A program made the translations under genes and the position numbers. The notes beneath the pieces were generated by a model. It was not told where the DNA came from, made no database searches, and saw nothing but the letters and a program-made list of their open reading frames with translations. Shown in pieces: positions 59,894 through 64,000 of a DNA stretch of 64,000 nt (the stretch's first letter is position 1; each line of letters begins with the position of its first letter). Source of the DNA: Candidatus Eiseniibacteriota bacterium (GTDB taxonomy: Bacteria > Eisenbacteria > RBG-16-71-46); assembly GCA_963744995.1 (NCBI GenBank), contig CAVUWA010000011.1, positions 384,001 through 448,000 on the forward strand, given 5' to 3'.

Positions 59894-60895
59894 ATGAGCA
59901 ATCTTCAGGACAAGGCCATGGAGTTCCTGCTCGCGCTGGGCGATCCGGCCGAGCGGCGTACGCGTGCAGCGCTGGTGAGCCATGCGCTGCAGGCGGTCGT
60001 GAAACTCATGGAAGCCGACGCGGCGGTCATCGCGACGCCGTGGAGCCGGCGCGGCGAACGCCTCGCCCTGCATGCGGGCAGCACGGCGCCGGCGGCCCTG
60101 CCGCCGGCCGAGTCGGGCAGCGCCGTGGTGCGCGCGTTCGCGTCGTCCTGCGAGCCGCTCGAGGTCGCCGATCTCTCCGAAGCGTCCACTTTCGCCGAGG
60201 GCGACGCGTGCCCCGGCGCCGAAGCGGGGCCGGTGCTGTTCGCACCGCTGCGCCAGCGCGGCTACGCCCCGACCTACCTCGCCGCGTACCGGAAGCGCGG
60301 CCGCGCGCGCTACACGATGGCCGACACGCGCATCATGCTGCTGCTCGCGTCCTGGCTGGGCGTCGCGCTCGACAACCTGCGTCTCGCGACCGGCGCGCGC
60401 AAGCTCGCCGTCACCGACGAGGTCACTGACGTCTACAACAAGCGTTTTCTCGAAGCCGCACTCGAGCGCGAGCTGCGCCGTGCGAGCCGCTTCGCGCAGG
60501 AGCTGGCGGTCGTGCTGATCGACGTGGATTCCCCGGGCGACGACGAGGCCGCGGGCGACCTGCCGCTGCGCGAAATCGCCACGGTGCTCGGCCAGCAGGT
60601 GCGCGCCTTCGACGTCATGGGACGCCGTGACGAGAGCGGCTTCCTGCTGATCCTGCCGCAGACCGGCCGCGCCGGCGCGCTGGAGGTCGGCGAGCGCATG
60701 CGCGAAGCCGTCGCGGGCCATGCGTTCGGAGAAGCCGGGCTGGCCTTCACCGTGAGCGCGGGCGTCGCCGCCTTCCCGGGCGACGCCTCGAGTGCCGCCG
60801 ATCTCATGGGCGCCGCGAACCGGGCGCTCGACCAGGCGCGCGAGCAGGGTGGCAACCGGGTCGAGACGCCGAAACGGAAGCGGAAGGCGGCCTGA
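59894..60895 (+). CDS. GAF-like plus degenerate GGDEF-domain protein
   Basis: TDEVT.VYNKR, LIDVD, TVSAGVA.FP, AN.AL..A...GGNRV; active-site loop reads RDESGF; I-site RAFD. Confidence 0.88.
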   Translation: MSNLQDKAMEFLLALGDPAERRTRAALVSHALQAVVKLMEADAAVIATPWSRRGERLALHAGSTAPAALPPAESGSAVVRAFASSCEPLEVADLSEASTFAEGDACPGAEAGPVLFAPLRQRGYAPTYLAAYRKRGRARYTMADTRIMLLLASWLGVALDNLRLATGARKLAVTDEVTDVYNKRFLEAALERELRRASRFAQELAVVLIDVDSPGDDEAAGDLPLREIATVLGQQVRAFDVMGRRDESGFLLILPQTGRAGALEVGERMREAVAGHAFGEAGLAFTVSAGVAAFPGDASSAADLMGAANRALDQAREQGGNRVETPKRKRKAA

Positions 60896-60957
60896 ACGGA
60901 CACGGCGCCCGCACCGCGATGGATGCGGGCGCCGTGGGCCCGCCGCCGGCGCCGTCC

Positions 60958-61222
60958 TTACGGCAGCAGCACGAGCTTCTTCTGATCTCTGAACGGCCCA
61001 GCATGGATCCGGTAGATGTAAACCCCCGGTTGCATGCGGACTCCGCCGTCGCCGCGACGGTCCCAGTCCACCGCATGGAACCCGGCAGGGTACCGGCCGT
61101 CGGCGAGCAGCGCGACCCGCCGACCCTGCGCATCGAAGATCTCGAGCCGCACCGATTCGGGCTGCGGGAGATCGAAGTGGATCGTCGTACGGGCGGCAAA
61201 CGGGTTCGGCCGGTTCTGCGGT
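60958..61222 (-). pseudogene. Orphan C-terminal FlgD-Ig/CTD-like domain (5'-truncated gene remnant)
   Basis: QNRPNPF...IFDAQGRRV...WDRR...G...GVYIYR...KKLVLLP, with no signal peptide or passenger domain upstream. Confidence 0.7.
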
Positions 61223-62086
61223 GACGCCGGGGCGTGCGTGGGCACCCACCGACACTTTCAGACTTGCCGGGCATGCCTGGGTCAGGCCTTATCAGTTGGA
61301 CCTTGATCAGCATGGGGCGCCCATGGCGATAGCAGGCGGTGTGGGGGGCCTGGGCTCGGATACCTACGGGCTCTTCTGGTCCGACTCGGTCTGGGTGAGC
61401 CGGTGGAGCTTCGGCTATGCGGTCAATCTTCCCGTGGTCGCGGATGCTCCCGCAGGCACGTATCCGCTCATCTGGCAGGGAGCCGATCCCGTCGTTCCCA
61501 ACAGAAACCAGGCGTACCTCATTGCCGGCGAGGCGCATGAAGATGGTCTTGGTCCAGCGGACACGATCGCCATCGTCCAGGCGGACCATCTCCGATACCC
61601 CGGCGTGGTTCGCAACGGCCGGAGGTGGGCTGCAAAGTCAGACTTCGGCGATCTGAGGCTATGGAGATCCGAGGAGCCAGGTGAGTGGACGGAGTTGGAC
61701 ATGCCCGGCAGTGGCGCGGACGGGATCGCGATGGGGGCGGTGGGCGACACGACCGTGCTGGTCGTGTTTCAGGAGCGCACTTTTGCTGAGGGGGGTGGCA
61801 CGCGCTGGGGCCGCTGCGGCCGGAGTTCACGCTGGAGGGGTTCACGCCGAACCCCTCGGTGCGCGCGGCGGTGGTGGCGTTCACGCTGCCGTCGGCGGGC
61901 CGCGGGCGGCTGGAGGTGCTGGACGTGGCGGGCCGGCGGGTGTACCGGCGCGACCTAAGCGATCTCGGCGCCGGGCGGCACACGGTGGCGATCGAGCCGG
62001 CGCAGCCGCTGCGCGCGGGGGTGTACCTGATCCGGCTCACGCACGAGGGCCGGATGTTGCATGTGCGGGGTGTGGTCACGCGCTGA
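61221..62086 (+). pseudogene. 5'-truncated, internally broken gene for a secreted protein ending in a CTD-like domain
   Basis: Beta-rich passenger fragment 61221 to about 61810, then a frame change to LRPEFTLEGFTPNP...LDVAGRRV...GVYLIR. Confidence 0.65.
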
Positions 62087-62145
62087 GCGGTGCGTGCGGC
62101 GGTCACGCGACCGGAGCTTCGACGCCTCTGCCTGGCGCTCGAGCC

Positions 62146-62174
62146 GTCGCGGCCACCCCGAAGGTGGCCGCGAC
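62146..62174 (-). terminator. 12-bp hairpin with UUCG-containing loop between convergent genes
   Basis: GTCGCGGCCACC-ccgaa-GGTGGCCGCGAC. Confidence 0.65.
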
Positions 62175-62201
62175 CGGTCACTCAGCGCATCGACCTGCAC
62201 A

Positions 62202-64000
62202 TCACGGCAGCACCACCACGCGTGCCGTCTTCGTCAACCCCTTCGTCGTGAACGACGCGAAGTAGATGCCCGCCGGCACGCGGCCGCCGCGCTCGCCCCG
62301 GGCGTTCCAGAACTCGGCGTGGCGGCCCGCGGGCAGCTCGCCCGAGGCCAGCGTCGCGACGCGGCGGCCGGTGAGGTCGTAGATCGCCAGGTCCACGCGC
62401 GCGGACGCGGGCAGGTCGAACGCGAACGTCGCGCCCGCCGACAGCGGGTTCGGGCGCGGCGCGTAGAAGCGCAGCGCGGTCGGCGTCGGGCCCGGCAGCA
62501 CGGCGTTGGTGCCCGAGGCCGGCGTCGCCGAGAGGTTCACCACCAGGTCCGGCCCGGCGGCGTCGCCGGGCAGGTCCTCGTCGCTCACCGAGAACGTGAG
62601 CGTCGCGGTGTAAGTCGAGTCCTGTGTCGCGCCGGCGTCGTCGAAGTGGAGCGCGTAGGTCTTACCGGTCCCGGGCTCGAGCAGGCCGCCCGTGAAGCCG
62701 CCGACCAGCGTGAAGCGGCCGTCGCCGCCGCTGATCACGCCGCCGTCCACGGCGAGCTTCGCCTCGAGCGAGGCGACGTCCCGGTTGTGGATGCGCACGG
62801 CGCTGTCGGGGAATTCGCCCGCTTCGTGCATGCCGAAGTCGAAGTCCGTCATCACGGTCGTGACCAGCGAATCGAGCGAGCCTTCCGAGTGCTCGAGCAC
62901 GCGGCCCGCGAGCAGCACGTTCTTGGTTGTCGAATCGGGATCGTCGGTCGCGACGACCAGCGTGCCGCTCTTCACGCCGCTCGCCCCCGTGTCCATGCCG
63001 ATCGGCTGCGCCACGGGCGGGGCGCCGGCGTTCACGGTGAAGCCGCCGCCCGGCGCGCTGAAGCCCGCAGGGGGCGAGAACGAATAGTTCAGCTCGTCGG
63101 CCGGCGCGGTGGCGCCGTTCGCGACGTTCAGGTTCACGGTCGGCGCGCCGCCGACGATCGCGTCGCCGAAGTCGAGCGCCGATTCGGCCACGATCTTCGC
63201 CGGCACCTGGATCGTGATCACCACCGGCAGGTGGTCGGAGCAGCCGACCAGCGCGTTGGCGACGTCGATGCCGACGCTGCCGTTGTAGCCGCCGTCGTTG
63301 ACCGCGCCGTTGCAGCAGCGGCCGCCGTCGTTGCCGAAGATGAACGGGTACGAGAGCTGCCCCGGCGACAGCGCCGGCACGTAGTCGAGACCTTCGCCGT
63401 CCTGCATCGAGTACGAGGTCAGCATCATGTCGAAGCGATCGTCCATGCCGCCGCCCGACATGCCGCCGTAGGGGCAGGTGAAACACGGGCACTGCGTGTG
63501 GCCGTAGGCGAAGGCCGAATTGTCGCTCCACAGCGCCGACCAGTAGAACGCAGAGGCGATCGGGTCCTTGCAGCGGCCGTCGTCGTCGTCGGTGCTCTCC
63601 ACGAGCCGGGTGTAGCCGCCTTCCTTGAAGCCACCGACCTCGCCGCCGGCCTCCATGTTGAAGTCGCCGCCGACCATGAAGTTGCCGGCCGCGGCGATGG
63701 GCGGCGTGACGTTGAGGTAGCTGTTGCGCAGGTAGCCGGATTCGAGCCGCCGCGTGGTGCTGTCGGAGGTGCCGGCCTTGAGGTGCACCGAGTAGAGCAG
63801 GAACTTGGCGCTCGCCGCCGAATAGCCGACCGGTGTCACACGGCCGAGGACGAAGCTGCGCGGCCCGGGCGTGTTGGCGATCGCGGCGACCCCGTCCACG
63901 CTGACCACGGCCGGCTTCCAGAAGAAACCCATGCCTTCGCCAAAGCCCACGAAGCGCCAGGTGCCGGTCCACTCGCCCGGCTCGTAGGCGTTGAGCACGT
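62202..64000 (-). CDS. EEP (endo/exonuclease/phosphatase) protein with Ig-like domains and CTD-like tail, presumably secreted (5' end outside the window)
   Basis: VHLKAG, GGDFN, DDRFD, SDHLPV catalytic motifs; LDFG..../T.DPD Ig-like repeats; RPNP...IYDLTGRRV...GIYF. Confidence 0.85.
   Translation of the reverse strand, partial: VLNAYEPGEWTGTWRFVGFGEGMGFFWKPAVVSVDGVAAIANTPGPRSFVLGRVTPVGYSAASAKFLLYSVHLKAGTSDSTTRRLESGYLRNSYLNVTPPIAAAGNFMVGGDFNMEAGGEVGGFKEGGYTRLVESTDDDDGRCKDPIASAFYWSALWSDNSAFAYGHTQCPCFTCPYGGMSGGGMDDRFDMMLTSYSMQDGEGLDYVPALSPGQLSYPFIFGNDGGRCCNGAVNDGGYNGSVGIDVANALVGCSDHLPVVITIQVPAKIVAESALDFGDAIVGGAPTVNLNVANGATAPADELNYSFSPPAGFSAPGGGFTVNAGAPPVAQPIGMDTGASGVKSGTLVVATDDPDSTTKNVLLAGRVLEHSEGSLDSLVTTVMTDFDFGMHEAGEFPDSAVRIHNRDVASLEAKLAVDGGVISGGDGRFTLVGGFTGGLLEPGTGKTYALHFDDAGATQDSTYTATLTFSVSDEDLPGDAAGPDLVVNLSATPASGTNAVLPGPTPTALRFYAPRPNPLSAGATFAFDLPASARVDLAIYDLTGRRVATLASGELPAGRHAEFWNARGERGGRVPAGIYFASFTTKGLTKTARVVVLP

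Overview
A very GC-rich (roughly 70%+, by eye) bacterial chromosomal window with about 50 protein-coding genes. I found no rRNA, tRNA, CRISPR array, integrase or transposase. Its backbone is three conserved minus-strand gene strings, each interrupted by accessory genes: (i) holB-ricT(PSP1)-metG-tatD-rsmA, (ii) mfd-PPIase-surA-ftsE-ftsX-envC, and (iii) moxR-DUF58-batA/vWA. Accessory content is mostly envelope-related: three large GT-C-type membrane glycosyltransferases, a minimal PEP-CTERM protein, an S8 protease, a LamG lipoprotein, an OmpA/TSP3 protein, two two-component systems, and Cys-rich and Met/Gln-rich secreted proteins. Five ORFs or ORF remnants end in the same roughly 90-aa PNP...D.xGR.V...G.Y C-terminal Ig-like domain (FlgD-Ig / T9SS-CTD-like). 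This content suggests a diderm candidate phylum such as Ca. Eisenbacteria (inference only). The main signals beyond gene names are: (1) four to five correctly placed sigma-54 (-24/-12) promoters, some with enhancer-like dyads, in front of surface and signalling genes; (2) four intact genes whose catalytic motifs are eroded (glycogen-debranching-like, YibQ-like deacetylase, FtsE, GGDEF); (3) a candidate glycosylated-surface locus of GT-C genes, mini PEP-CTERM and a putative c-di-GMP receptor; (4) a back-to-back fusion of two 5'-truncated CTD genes; (5) perfect operator-like palindromes; (6) a 1-bp frameshift in batA and a 21-codon ORF coupled to both neighbours. All family calls come from motif recognition by eye, with no database searches.
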